DNA of 64,000 nt from an uncultured Gemmatimonadales bacterium (GCA_963850905.1 CAWKMU010000004.1:416001-480000); one strand, 5' to 3'. Numbered from the stretch's first letter, positions 38,478 through 49,831 are shown. Numbers and translations: made by a program. Notes: a model not told the origin generated them from the letters alone.

Positions 38478-39599
38478 ATGGCGCTCAATCTGCTCGAATC
38501 AGCCACCGAGCTTACAGGCAATAACGGATTCACCGCGGCAGCAGCGCGGCTCGTGGGGGAAACCCCGGCCACGACGAAATCCGCGCTCGGATATATGCTG
38601 CCGGCTACCATCGCCGGCCTCGCAAAGCAGACAGAGACGCCCGAAGGCGCCTCTGGCATGATGGAAACTCTCGCGTCTGCTCCGGGCGTCGGCGAGCTGG
38701 GAGATTTCGCCACCCTCGGCAATCGAGCAAACACGCTCGTCTCGTGGGGCGCCTCGTTCTCCAAGCGCATCTTTGGCGACCGCACTCCACCAGTCGCGAA
38801 CGCGGTCGGACAATTGTCGGGCGCGAAACCGGAGTCGGTATCGACGCTCTTCTTCGTCACACTCCCGATGATCCTCGCTTTCCTCAAGCAGCACGTGGCA
38901 GCAAATGGCCTCGACGCCAACGGGCTGCGACAGGTCCTCAATGGGCAACTCAAAGCCGTGCAGCCACGACTCGACCCACGCGTCGCGACGGCCGTTGGCG
39001 TCGCGCCCAGTGCGACATGGGAGCCGTCACGCGAGACGACACGCCCCCCTGCCCCGAGTATTTCGCCCGTCACGACTGAACGACCAAGTGGACTCCGAAG
39101 ACTCGTCCCCTGGGCCGCACTCGCGGCGGCGGCCCTGCTGGTGTTTACGCTCCTGCGCAACCGGCCGAGTGCTTCACCGGCACCGGTGACCGCGGTGGCA
39201 GCGAACACCACTGCGGCGGTCGTGCCCGCAGCGCCCAATACGACCGCGACGGCGTCGCCGGGCGAAGTCGCGCCTGCTGCGACAGCGACACTCCCGCTGG
39301 CCGTCCACTTCGACGTGTCCTCGGCCGAGTTGTCGCCGACCGATCAGCAATCGCTCACCGCACTCGGTCAAGCGATCTCGCAGAACGGAACGCATATCGA
39401 CATCACCGGCTACACTGACCCGACCGGCGACCATGCCAAAAACGTCGAGCTAGCCAAGAATCGAGCGGTGGCAGTTCGCAATGCGCTGGAGGCGACGGGA
39501 GTCCAAGCGGCCCAGATCAATATGAAGCCGCCCGCTGACATCAATGGAGGCGGCAACGCCGACGACGCACGGCGAGTGGACATCACGCAATCGCAGTGA
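38478..39599 (+). CDS. DUF937-like / TM / OmpA protein, paralogue of the 35256 gene
   Basis: MALNLLES, AAARLVGETPA, VHFDVSS, THIDITGYTD and ARRVDI are shared with the 35256 gene. Confidence 0.88.
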   Translation: MALNLLESATELTGNNGFTAAAARLVGETPATTKSALGYMLPATIAGLAKQTETPEGASGMMETLASAPGVGELGDFATLGNRANTLVSWGASFSKRIFGDRTPPVANAVGQLSGAKPESVSTLFFVTLPMILAFLKQHVAANGLDANGLRQVLNGQLKAVQPRLDPRVATAVGVAPSATWEPSRETTRPPAPSISPVTTERPSGLRRLVPWAALAAAALLVFTLLRNRPSASPAPVTAVAANTTAAVVPAAPNTTATASPGEVAPAATATLPLAVHFDVSSAELSPTDQQSLTALGQAISQNGTHIDITGYTDPTGDHAKNVELAKNRAVAVRNALEATGVQAAQINMKPPADINGGGNADDARRVDITQSQ

Positions 39600-39608
39600 T
39601 ACGGCGCC

Positions 39609-39757
39609 GTACGGGCGACGCTATGCGTCGCCCGCCTGGCACCGACCGCACATGGCCGTGGTTCGGCGGGTAGGGCGACGCCCTGCGTCGCCCGCCTGCA
39701 CCGACTGCACGGTGCCTGTGGTTAGGCGGGTAGGGGCGGCGATGCCATGCGTCGCCC
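39609..39757 (+). repeat. Cluster of three REP-like hairpins, period about 60 bp
   Basis: Copies at 39609, 39670 and 39730 with related linkers. Confidence 0.8.
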
Positions 39758-39763
39758 GCCGTT

Positions 39764-40583
39764 TTACCGGAGCATTCTCGTTGATCTCCCGGTAATTCAC
39801 GGCCGCCGCTGCAAAGGTGAAGGTGCCGTGATCGTGCATCTCGTGGGCGGCGCCAAGAAACGCACCGAGCGCGGCTCGCGAGAGCGCACTGCCGACGCTC
39901 ACCCGCCGCACGCCCAACGCCGACAGCTCGCCCAGGCTCAATTGCACGCCCTGCAATCCCATCACGACGTTCACCGGCTTGTCCACGGACCGAACAACGG
40001 TGGCGATATCCTCGGCGGTCCTGAGCCCCGGTGCATAGAGCACATCGGCCCCTGCTACTTGATAGGCCTGCAAGCGCCGAATTGTGTCGGCCAGGTCTGG
40101 CCGGCCAACGAGATAGTTCTCGGCCCGCGCGGTCAGCGTAAAGGGAAATGGCAAACCGCGCACGACGTCCGCCGCAGCGCACACCCGGTCAACGGCGAGG
40201 CCGTGCGGGTAGATGGAGTGCCTCGCGTCGCGCGACATGTCCTCGATCGAACCGCCGACCAGTCCAGCCACGGCAGCCAATCGGATCGTCTCCGCCGCGG
40301 CCTCCGGCGCATCGCCAAACCCGTTCTCGAGATCGCCGCTTACGGGCAGCTCCGTCGCCGATACGATTGCGGCGCAGTGGCCGATCGCCTCCAAGCGACT
40401 GATGGTGTTGTCCGGCCGCCCGGCCGAGAACGCGTAGCCAGCGCTCGTCGTGGCAAGCGCTTCAAAGCCGAGCATCGCCAGTAGGCGCGCCGTGCCGGCG
40501 TCCCAGGGATTGGGGATGATGAACGCACCGTCTCGCTCGTGCAGCGCACGAAACGTCTGGCCCTTTTCCACCTGCGTCGGCAT
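39764..40583 (-). CDS. Isocitrate lyase/PEP mutase family protein (+1 indel near the C-terminus)
   Basis: PNPWDAGTA, ALATTSAG, DLENGFG, GGSIED and LTARAEN. Removing one A gives EINEMLR*. Confidence 0.88.
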
Positions 40584-40662
40584 GGGTGCTGCTCCTGCGC
40601 CTCGCGCCTCGAGTCCCAACCGGTACCCACGCCTTCGGTACCCGCCGAGCTGAGGATTGATG

Positions 40663-40711
40663 TTTGACGTCCAGCGTCCAACGTCCAGCGTCCAACGTCT
40701 ACCGTCCAACC
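40663..40711 (+). repeat. TCYARCG heptamer tandem repeat
   Basis: tccagcg tccaacg tccagcg tccaacg tctaccg. Confidence 0.8.
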
Positions 40712-40775
40712 GTCTTCGTCGTCCGCTATGCACACCGCTAACACTCTCGTATAGTATGGGGGTTGGGCGGCATTG

Positions 40776-40799
40776 ATACTTCGTGTATCATAGAAGTAT
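40776..40799. promoter_or_regulatory. Inverted repeat ATACTTC-N10-GAAGTAT, probable autoregulatory operator
   Basis: AT-rich 7-10-7 inverted repeat overlapping the regulator ATG. Confidence 0.6.
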
Positions 40800-41505
40800 G
40801 AATGTCGACCCCGAATCGCACGCAGGCGTCGCCAGTATCGCGGCGGCCATCGGAGAACCCGCTCGCGCCCGGATGCTCTACTGTTTGGTGGACGGTCGTG
40901 CGCGCACGAGTACAGAACTCGCGCTCGTTGCCCACGTCGCCCCGTCGACCGCCAGCGTACACCTGCAGCGGCTGCACGCCGAACGACTGGTGAAGGTCGC
41001 CGCGCAAGGGCGGCATCGGTACTACAGTCTGGACGGCGCCGACGTCGCGGCAACCCTCGAGTCGTTGAGTGTGCTCGCCGGCGAGACCCGAAACCCGTTC
41101 CTGCCGCGCGTCCCGGACCGCCTGCGCGCCGCTCGGACCTGTTACGATCACATCGCGGGCGCACTCGGCGTGTCGCTGCACCAGCGCTTCGAGACGATGG
41201 GCTGGGTCGCTGCCACCCCCAGAAGCGACAACGCCTGCGACGTCACCGCGAGCGGAGTCAACGGGTTCGCCACCCTCGGTGTCGACGTCGATGCGCTCAG
41301 GCGATTGCGCAGGCGCTTCGCCTTCGCGTGCGTGGATTGGAGCGAGCGTCGCCCACATCTGGGCGGTGCGCTCGGAGCCGCTGTTTGCGATGTCGCCCTG
41401 AAACGGAAATGGGTCGTCCAACAACGGGACACGCGAGCGCTGACGATCACGAACTATGGACGTCGGGAAATGCTGGCGCGCCTCGGCCTCCACTCCGACA
41501 TGTAG
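40798..41505 (+). CDS. ArsR-type HTH transcriptional regulator
   Basis: IGEPARARML..L.DGRARTSTELA..STASVHL, QGRHRYY, ARTCYDHIAG and CVDWSERRPHLGG. Confidence 0.9.
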   Translation: MNVDPESHAGVASIAAAIGEPARARMLYCLVDGRARTSTELALVAHVAPSTASVHLQRLHAERLVKVAAQGRHRYYSLDGADVAATLESLSVLAGETRNPFLPRVPDRLRAARTCYDHIAGALGVSLHQRFETMGWVAATPRSDNACDVTASGVNGFATLGVDVDALRRLRRRFAFACVDWSERRPHLGGALGAAVCDVALKRKWVVQQRDTRALTITNYGRREMLARLGLHSDM

Positions 41506-41584
41506 GGGCGGCCTTTAGGCCGCCCGCTTGGCGTCGCCGGCCCGTTCGGTCTATCCCTGACGGCTGACCCCCGACCCCTGGCCG

Positions 41585-42647
41585 TTACCTGAATTCCTGT
41601 TGCAACTCCTCGAGGGCCGCCGCGCCGGGGCATAGGCGTCTCGAACGGTATCTGCGCCATTGGCACGTCCGATGAGTTGCTCAGCTCGTGCATGTCGGCC
41701 GCCGATTCGTCCAGATAGAGCAGTCCCGTCAGGACTTCCCCCGTCTGCTGGTGTGTCTCCAGGAACGCCGTGACCCGCGCGCGATCCGTTGGGTCGTAGT
41801 GCGGCGGGCACCGACTTGAACCGCACCACGCTGCCATCGTGCAGCGTTACGCTCGTTGCGCCGTTCGACCCGATGTGCGCCAGAATCTCGGTCGCGGGCG
41901 GGACGAAGTCGGCCTCGGTGGTCTTGACCATGTGCTTGCGCGTCTGCACGTAGCTCTTGGTGGAGCCGCTAGTGATCGTTGAACGTCACGCACGGCGAGA
42001 TGACGTCCACCAGCGCAAAGCCGCGATGCGCCACCGCCGCCTTGAGGATCGGGACCAGCTGTTCCTTGTCGCCGGAGAAACTCGCGCGCGACGAACGTCG
42101 CTCCCAACGCTAGGCCCAGCCGAACGGGATCGATCGGACGCCATGCGGTTCGGCTCCCCGCGCTTGCTCTTCGAGCCAACGTCCGCCGAGGCGGAGAACT
42201 GTCCCTTCGTCAGGCCGTAGACGCCGTTGTTCTCGATGACGTACACCATCCGCACATTGCGGCGGATCGCGTGGCACATCTGCCCGAGACCGATGGAGAG
42301 CGAGTCGCCATCGCCCGAAATGCCGATATAGATCAAGATCGCGGTTCGCGGCGTTCGCGCCCGTTGCGATCGCCGGCATCCGCCCGTGAGCCGAATTGAA
42401 CCCGTGCGCGCCGCGGACGAAATAGGTCGGCGTCTTCGACGAGCAGCCGATGCCGCTCAGCTTGGCGATCTTGTGCGGCTCCGTCGACAGCTCCCAGAAC
42501 GCGCGCGTGATCGCGGCCGTGATGGAGTCATGTCCGCAGCCCGCGCAGAGCGTGGACATGCTGCCTTCATAGTCGCGAATGGTCAGCCCCAGCTCGTTGC
42601 GCTGCGAGGCTCGGGTGCGTGGCAATCGGTTTGGTGATTGACGGCAT
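41585..42647 (-). CDS. 2-oxoacid:ferredoxin oxidoreductase beta subunit (several indels)
   Basis: STLCAGCGHDSI, SGIGCSSK, HGRMP, SGDGD and NNGVYGLTKGQFS, spread over several frames. Confidence 0.88.
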
Positions 42648-42649
42648 GG

Positions 42650-44538
42650 TCAGGCGTCTCGTTCGTTCATCGGGGGGACGGCCATGTGCTCGACCTCGCG
42701 GCCAGACGCCCTCCACGACGTGCCGAGCGCTGAGCGGGAACCCGCCGTAGACCAGCACGGAGCGCAGCTGCTCCTTCGGCACGCTCGTCTCGAGCGTCAG
42801 CAGTGACTTCAGTTGCGCATCGCGATTCTGCTCGACAACGAAGCAGATCTCATGCTCGAGCAGAAACGCTTCGACACGCTCGTCGAACGGGAACGCCGCG
42901 AATGCGCATGTAGTCGGCGGGCACGCCCCGAGCTGCGAGGACGTCCATCGCCTCCCGCAGCGCCGGATCGCAGCCGCCGATCCCGACCACACCGAAGCGC
43001 GCGCCCTGCGACGCCGCCGGATCTCGGGCTGCGGCACGAATGCGCGCGGCGGCCTTGTGCTTCCGCGCCAGCCGATCCATGACCTCCCGGTATTCGTCCG
43101 GCATCTCGGTGTACGCCGCCCAGCTTGTTGTGCCCGGAGCCGCGAATGAAATAAGCCCCCTTCGCGTCCACGCCGGGGAGCGTGCGCGCCGCCACAAAGT
43201 TCTCGTCCCAGGGCGAATAGCGGAAATACTTGGCGCCTCGCTCCAGCTCCTCGGCGGTCAGCACACGACCCCGATCGGGACGGAAGGCATCGTCCCACTT
43301 CAGGCGCGGGAGTCACCCAATCGTTCATGCCGATGTCGAGATCGGACAGCATGATGCACGGGCGTCTGAAACCGCTCCGCCAGATCGAAAGATTTGACGG
43401 CGAACTCGAAGCACTCCGCCGGATTCGAAGGGAACAGCAGAATGTGCCGCGTATCACCGTGCGAGGCATAGGCGCACTCCAGAATGTCGCGCCTGCTGGG
43501 TGCGCGTCGGCATGCCCGTGGACGGGCCCACGCGCTGCACATCGATCACCACCGCCGGGATTTCGGCGTAGTACGCCAGGCCAATCAGCTCATTCATGAG
43601 CGAAATGCCCGGTCCGGCAGTCGAGGTGAACGCCCGCGCGCCATTCCACGACGCGCCGAGCACCATGCCGATGGCCGCGAGCTCATCCTCGGCCTGCAGG
43701 ATGACGAAGTTGTTCTTGCCGGTGGCGGCGTCGCGGCGATACTGCTCGCAGAACGCCTTGAACGCATCCATGACGGACGTCGCCGGCGTGATGGGATACC
43801 ACGCCGCCACGGTCGCGCCCGCGTAGAGGCATCCGAGCGCGGTGGCCGTGTTGCCGTCGATCAGGATCTTGTCGGCATTGGCATCCATCTTCTGCAGATG
43901 GAACGGCAACGGACACGCGAAGTGCTCCTTCGCGTAGTCGTACCCGAGCATGAGCGCGCGGCGGTTCGATTCGAGCAGCGCCTTCTTCATGGCGAACTTC
44001 TCCGTCAACAGCGTCTCGACGATGGGCATGTCGATGTCGAGGCGCCGCCAGGAGCGCCCCGGCGTAGGCGATGTTCTTCATCAGGATCCGCTCGCGCGGG
44101 TCCGCGAACGCCTGGTTGCACATCTTCGCCAGCGGCACGCCCAGGAACGTCACATCATCCGCGCACGAGCTCGGGATCGAGAGGCCACGAGGAATCGTAC
44201 ATCAGGTAGCCGCCGGCGCGAACCTCGCGGATATCGCTCTTGTAGGTCTGCGAATCCATCGCGACCATCAGGTCGTAGTCCAGCGCCCGCGCACCGTAGC
44301 CGTCCTTGCTCACCCGGATCTCATACCAGGTCGGGAGACCTTGAATGTTCGACGGGAAGAGATTCTTGCCGGTGACCGGAATGCCCATGCGGAAGATCGC
44401 CTGCATGAGGAGACTGTTCGCGCTGGCCGATCCGGTGCCGTTCACATTGGCGAGCTTCAGCGGCGAAATCATTGACTGCCCGCAGTGCTCGAGACCGGCC
44501 GCGCGCCGCGACGCCTGCACGTCGTGACAGACACTCAT
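42650..44538 (-). CDS. 2-oxoacid:acceptor oxidoreductase alpha subunit (several indels)
   Basis: KLANVNGTGSASAN, NLFPSNIQGLPTWYEIR, WYPITPAT, QAEDELAA and QRVGPSTGMPTRTQQ. Confidence 0.88.
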
Positions 44539-46341
44539 GGCTGCGCCCCGTTCGCGATTCGGCATGCCGGCGTACGGAAGGAGGAGATCGAATTTCATCA
44601 TGTCCCAGGCCGCAGTCGGACAGCGTTCGGCGCACAACCCGCAATGGACGCAGACATCTTCGTCCTTCACCATGACACGTCCCGTCTGCGGCAGCGGCTC
44701 GGACGCATAGATCGCCTGATCCAGATTGCCCGCAGGGGCCGAGAGCCGCTCGCGGAGCTCGGACTCCGCACCGTCGTGAGTGATGGTCAGGCACTGCACC
44801 GGACAGATATCGATGCACGCGTCGCACTCGATGCAGCGCTTGGCCGTGAACTCGGTTTCAATGTCACAGTTCAGACAGCGCTGTACTTCGCGCGCGGTCT
44901 GCTCCGCGGAGAATCCCAGCTCGACCTCGACATTCAGCTGCTCGAAGCGCCGCACCAGATCGACGTGCTGCATCTTCTGCCGCGAGGCGGGATTGTAGTC
45001 GTTGTGGTAGCTCCACTCGCTGATCCCCATTTTCTGGCTGACAGGTTCATGCCCTGCCCGGGACGGTCCGTGACAGGAACGCCTTCGCACTGGTTGTGAA
45101 TGGAGATCGCCGCTTCGTGTCCATGCGCCACAGCCCAGATGATGTTCTTGGGCCCCCAGGCGGCATCGCCGCCGAAGAAGACACCCGGCAGCGTCGACTG
45201 GAACGTGACCTCGTCGACCACGGGCATATCCCGCTTGTCGAAGTCGATGCCGAGGTCGCGCTCGATCCACGGGAACGCGTTGTCCTGTCCGATGGCAAGG
45301 ATCACATCGTCCGCCGGGAAGAACACGGTGTCGAACACGCGCGACGTCTTGGCCTCGGCGTCCCACTCGAGCCGCTCGAAATCCATGCCAAGCAGCTTGC
45401 CGTTCTCGATCACGAAGCGCTTGGGGGCATGGTTGATCACGATGTCGATGCCCTCTTCCTCCGCGTCGTCCAGCTCCCAGGGTGACGCCTTGAAGAAGCC
45501 GCGTGGCCGCCGCGCCATGACTTTCACGTCCCGACCGCCCAGGCGGCGGGATGTTCGGCAACAGTCCATGGCGGTGTTGCCAACGCCAATGATCAGCACC
45601 CGTTCCCCGATCGAATGCGATGTGTTCGAAGGCGACCGACTCCAGCCAGTCGATGCCGATGTGGATCCGATCAGTGTCATGGCGCCCAGGGATCTCGAGA
45701 TCCTTGCCCCGCGGCGCGCCCGTCCCAACGAATACCGCGTCGAACGGACGCCCGTCCATCCCATCGGTGAGCAGCGCCCGCATACTGGAGACGGGACTGT
45801 TATACCGGACGTCGACCCCCATGTTGAGGATGACGGCGACCTCGTCGTCCAGCACAGCCTCGGGCAGGCGGAACGACGGGATGTTCGTCCGCATCAGTCC
45901 GCCAGGCTTATCCTGCTTCTCGAAGAGCGTGACCTCGTAGCCCAGTGGCCGCAGGTCGTTGGCCACGGTCAGCGAGGCAGGCCCGGCGCCGATCAAGGCG
46001 ACGCGCTTGCCATTCGAGTGCGGCGGAATCGTGGGCAGCAAATGCGAGATTTCACCCCGCAGATCGGCCGCTACACGTTTGAGGCGGCAGATGGCGACCG
46101 GCTTCCCCTGCGGACCGTCGAGGCGGCCGCGTCGGCACGCCGGCTCACAGGGCCGGTCGCAGGTCCGTCCGAGAATCGCCGGGAAGACGTTCGACTCCCG
46201 GTTCACCATGTAGGCTTCGGTGTACTTCCCCTGGGCGATCAGGCGAATGTACTCGGGCACGTTGGTGTGAGCCGGACACGCCCATTGGCAGTCGACGACT
46301 TTATGGAAGTAGGCGGGGTCGCGTGTATCGCTGGTCTTCAC
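44535..46341 (-). CDS. GltD-like FAD/NAD(P)H oxidoreductase with C-terminal 2x[4Fe-4S] domain (indels)
   Basis: CQWACPAH, CDRPCEPAC, IGAGPA, IIGVGNTAMDC, CIECDACIDICP and CVHCGLCAERCP. Confidence 0.88.
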
Positions 46342-46564
46342 GGTAGTGCGCTTCCCTCGAGGTTGACCCACACGACAGAAGGCCGACCGTCAATCGAGCG
46401 CGTCGGCAAGGCTTGCAGCTTTTGCGGATCGTAGCCAATCGGCCGACAACCGCCCCCCCTCCCGAGGGAGCTGGACAGACCGACCGCCTAAAGGAGAAAG
46501 TACGGCTGGTCCACAAAACACGGAAGGCGCGGCCGGCGACCCGCCGAGGAGACGCAAAGGATTT

Positions 46565-47167
46565 ATGTCCACTGTGCTCGACGCGCGCGGCTCGGCCGCC
46601 CCTAAACGCTGTAGCTGGGCCAACACGAGCGATCCCCTCATGGTGGAATACCACGATCGCGAGTGGGGTGTTCCCGTCCACGACGATACCACGCACTTCG
46701 AGTTCCTGCTCCTCGAGGGGGCGCAGGCCGGGCTCAGCTGGTCGATCGTGCTCCGAAAGCGAGCCGGGTACCGCCGCGCCTTCAGCCAGTTCGATCCCCG
46801 CAAGGTGGCGCGGTACCGCCAGGCACGAACGGACAAGCTCGCGGCGGATCCTGGAATCGTTCGTAACCGCTTGAAGATCGAGTCGGCCGTCACCAACGCC
46901 CAGGCCTTCCTCCGTGTGCAGAAGGAGTTCGGGACGTTTGACGCCTATTGCTGGCGGTTCGTCGGAGGCCAGCCACGGGTCGGCCGAAGGGTCACCATGG
47001 GTCAGGTCCCGGCGACGTCCCGCGAATCCGACGAGCTCAGTAAGGACCTCAAACGGCGAGGATTCCGGTTCGTCGGCTCGACCATCATCTACGCCTACAT
47101 GCAGGCGGTCGGTATGGTGAACGACCACCTGGTCACGTGCTTTCGATATCGTGAGCTTCTGGGATAG
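46565..47167 (+). CDS. tag: DNA-3-methyladenine glycosylase I
   Basis: YHDREWG, LEGAQAGLSW, IVRNRLKI, MQAVGMVNDH..C. Confidence 0.95.
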   Translation: MSTVLDARGSAAPKRCSWANTSDPLMVEYHDREWGVPVHDDTTHFEFLLLEGAQAGLSWSIVLRKRAGYRRAFSQFDPRKVARYRQARTDKLAADPGIVRNRLKIESAVTNAQAFLRVQKEFGTFDAYCWRFVGGQPRVGRRVTMGQVPATSRESDELSKDLKRRGFRFVGSTIIYAYMQAVGMVNDHLVTCFRYRELLG

Positions 47168-47191
47168 CGTAACCCGTAACCCGGCCTTTCA

Positions 47192-48638
47192 ATGCGCTCC
47201 ATCCGATCTACTGCCCGTCGCGCGAGCCTGCTGCTCGCTTGGACCATCGTCCCCGTCACCGCGTCCCCACTCCATGGACAAGCGGCGCCAGGCCTGCCCG
47301 GCGACGCGCCCCCTGGTGTGCTGCCGGGAGTGAAAATCGGCGGCAGCCCCAACGTGCACCTCCTGGCGCACATCCCGCTCGGCGGATACGCCCAGGTGAG
47401 CAACGTCGACGTGGAGCAGGAAGCGTCCCGGCCGTACGCGTACGTCGCCCAGATACTCGCCCATACCGGCTTTTCGATCTTCGACTTGCACGACCTTCAC
47501 AACGTCAAACTCATTTACCACTGGACCTTCGAGAATCTCGCGTTGCACCAACCGTTCACGGGTGGAGTCGACGGGAAGTACTTCAAGCTCAACGGTCGAT
47601 ACTACTTCATCCTGGCGACGCAGTTTCACCAAGGGACCCCCGACGCCGATCTGGGCGCGGTGATCGCGGATGTGACCGGGCTTCCCGATACCAGCAAGGT
47701 CAGAATCGTCGCACGAATCCGCGCCCCTGAGACGCCGGGCGGGTTCCACATGCTCTTTCCCTATAAGCACTCGGATGGACGCACGCTCTTGTTCACCACC
47801 GCAATGGCACCCCGCGCCAACGTCTACGACCTGCAGAAGGTGCTCGCCGGCGGCGACGCGGCGCAGTGGAAGGTGGGAGAGGTCCCGGTGCCCGACACAC
47901 GGGAGAACACACCGCTCGGGCTACAGGGTTATCACGACTTCTATGTGGCGTACGATGCCGCCACGCATCAGGACAAGTTCTACGGGGCCGGGCGTGGCGG
48001 CTACTACGTGTACGACATCACCAACCTGGCGGAGCCCAAGTTGCTGACCTCGATCGCTGGGACGGCGGGCGTCTCATGGGGCCACACCATCACGCCGGAT
48101 CCTACAGGTCGATTCGCCGTCACCGAGACGGAATACACCTTCGCGCCGCTCCGGATGTTCGACCTCAAGCCAGGTTTGGATGGCAAGGTGCAGACGATTA
48201 CGCAACCGATCGGCGCTTGGAACGCGGATTGGCACGACCTCGCGCACAATCACGAAGTGCGCTGGCCGCTCGTCTTCGTGTCGGGCTACGAGGACGGGTT
48301 GCAGATCTTCAGCATGTACGACCCAGCACACCCCGTGACGGTCGGTTGGTACTACACGTGTCAGTGCACGCATGACGAAGGCATCGGGGGAGGGCCGCCG
48401 AGCTGGCATGCACACGGAAGCGTCATGCAGGGCCCCTTCGGCGTCGACGTGCGGAACTACGACGGCTTGATCCTTATCAGCGACTCGAACACGGGCCTGT
48501 GGACCTTCAAGATGGACGGCTTCGACGGATGGAACGGGCACGATTGGGGGGTGCCCAACATTCTCGAGTGTGCAGGACTACGACCACGGTCCCGAAGGCG
48601 CCACCCCACACACCGGTCACCCCGCCGCGTCCCCCTGA
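47192..48638 (+). CDS. Exported LVIVD-like beta-propeller protein (+1 indel near 48562)
   Basis: Signal peptide; GFHMLF, GYHDFY, WGHTITP and AHNHEV motifs; repeated YD/FD strands. The shifted frame gives SSVQDYDHGP..* at 48638. Confidence 0.7.
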
Positions 48639-48640
48639 TC

Positions 48641-49831
48641 TCACGTCTCCATCGGCAGCCCCACATAATTCTCCGCCAATGTCGTCGCCGCGGCCCGTGA
48701 ACTGGTGACGTAATCGAGCTCTGCCAGTTGGCGCCGATGATCGAATGCACTGGCGCTCTCATCGCGGTGGAGCATGGATGTCATCCACCAGGAAAAGCGC
48801 TGCACTTTCCACACGCGGCGCAGACACGTCGCGGAATATGCCGCCAACCCCGCGCGCTCACCGGTGGCAAAGTAGTCAGCCAAGACGCGCGCGAGCACCA
48901 TCACGTCTGCGACCGCGAGGTTGAGCCCTTTGGCACCAGTCGGCGGGACGATGTGCGCCGCATCGCCAGCCAGATACAATCGTCCGTACTGCATCGGCTC
49001 GACGACAAGGCTCCGCATGTCGGTGATGCCCTTCTGCAGAACGGCTCCGCGCGTGAGCGCAAATGTGCCATCGGTGGTCGCGAGCCGGCGATCCAACTCC
49101 TCCCATACCCGTCCGTCGGGCCACGCCTCAACGCGCTCGTGGGGCGTGCACTGCAGGTAGAGCCGGCTGATGTCGGGCGACCGCATGCTGACCAGCGCGA
49201 AGCCCCGGTCGTGGTGCGTGTAGATCAACTCACTCGAGGGCGGGGGAGAGGCCGAGAGAATGCCGAGCCAGGCAAACGGGTACGCCCGTTCGTATTCGAC
49301 GAGTGAACCCGCAGGGATGCTCCGGCGGCTGATGCCGTGGAAGCCATCACAGCCTGCGATGAAATCACAGGTGAGTTGGCAGTCCCGACCCTCATGCCGA
49401 AATCTCAGCGAGGGCCTGTCCGACGTGAGATCATGCAACGAGACGTCCGCGACTTCGAAGAGCAGCGGAGCACCCGTCACTTGCCGCGCGTCGATCAGGT
49501 CCTTCACCACTTCCTGCTGTCCGTAGATGGTGATGCCGCGCCCCTGCGCGAGATCGTCAAAGTCGATGCGATGTCCCCGTCCCGCGAACCGAAGCTCGAT
49601 CCCCCGGTGCACCAGACCCAGGCGGCCGAGTCGTTCGCCGACGCCCATCGCACGCAGAAGATCCACCGTTCCCTGTTCAAGCACGCCCGCCCGCACCCGC
49701 TCTTCGACATACTGCCGGGTTTGCGCCTCGACGACGACGCTGTCGATCCCCTGCAGAGAAAGCAGTCTCGCGAGCGTCAAGCCCGCTGGTCCAGCGCCGA
49801 TTATTCCAACTTGCGTTCTCGTGGTCGTCAC
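48641..49831 (-). CDS. pobA: 4-hydroxybenzoate 3-monooxygenase
   Basis: IIGAGPAG, RAGVLEQG, GCDGFHG, AGDAAHIVPPTGAKGLNLA and AENYVGLP. Confidence 0.95.
   Translation of the reverse strand: MTTTRTQVGIIGAGPAGLTLARLLSLQGIDSVVVEAQTRQYVEERVRAGVLEQGTVDLLRAMGVGERLGRLGLVHRGIELRFAGRGHRIDFDDLAQGRGITIYGQQEVVKDLIDARQVTGAPLLFEVADVSLHDLTSDRPSLRFRHEGRDCQLTCDFIAGCDGFHGISRRSIPAGSLVEYERAYPFAWLGILSASPPPSSELIYTHHDRGFALVSMRSPDISRLYLQCTPHERVEAWPDGRVWEELDRRLATTDGTFALTRGAVLQKGITDMRSLVVEPMQYGRLYLAGDAAHIVPPTGAKGLNLAVADVMVLARVLADYFATGERAGLAAYSATCLRRVWKVQRFSWWMTSMLHRDESASAFDHRRQLAELDYVTSSRAAATTLAENYVGLPMET

Noticed and set aside
39621..40733. N- and C-terminal extensions of the ICL/PEPM-family ORF
   Set aside because: The N-terminal extension translates heptamer repeats. 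The C-terminal extension runs into REP hairpins after a one-base indel.
44155..46371. 738-aa ORF read as a novel GltD-ferredoxin-oxidoreductase alpha fusion
   Set aside because: Its middle is out of frame, and an ATGA junction at 44535-44538 indicates separate genes joined by indels.
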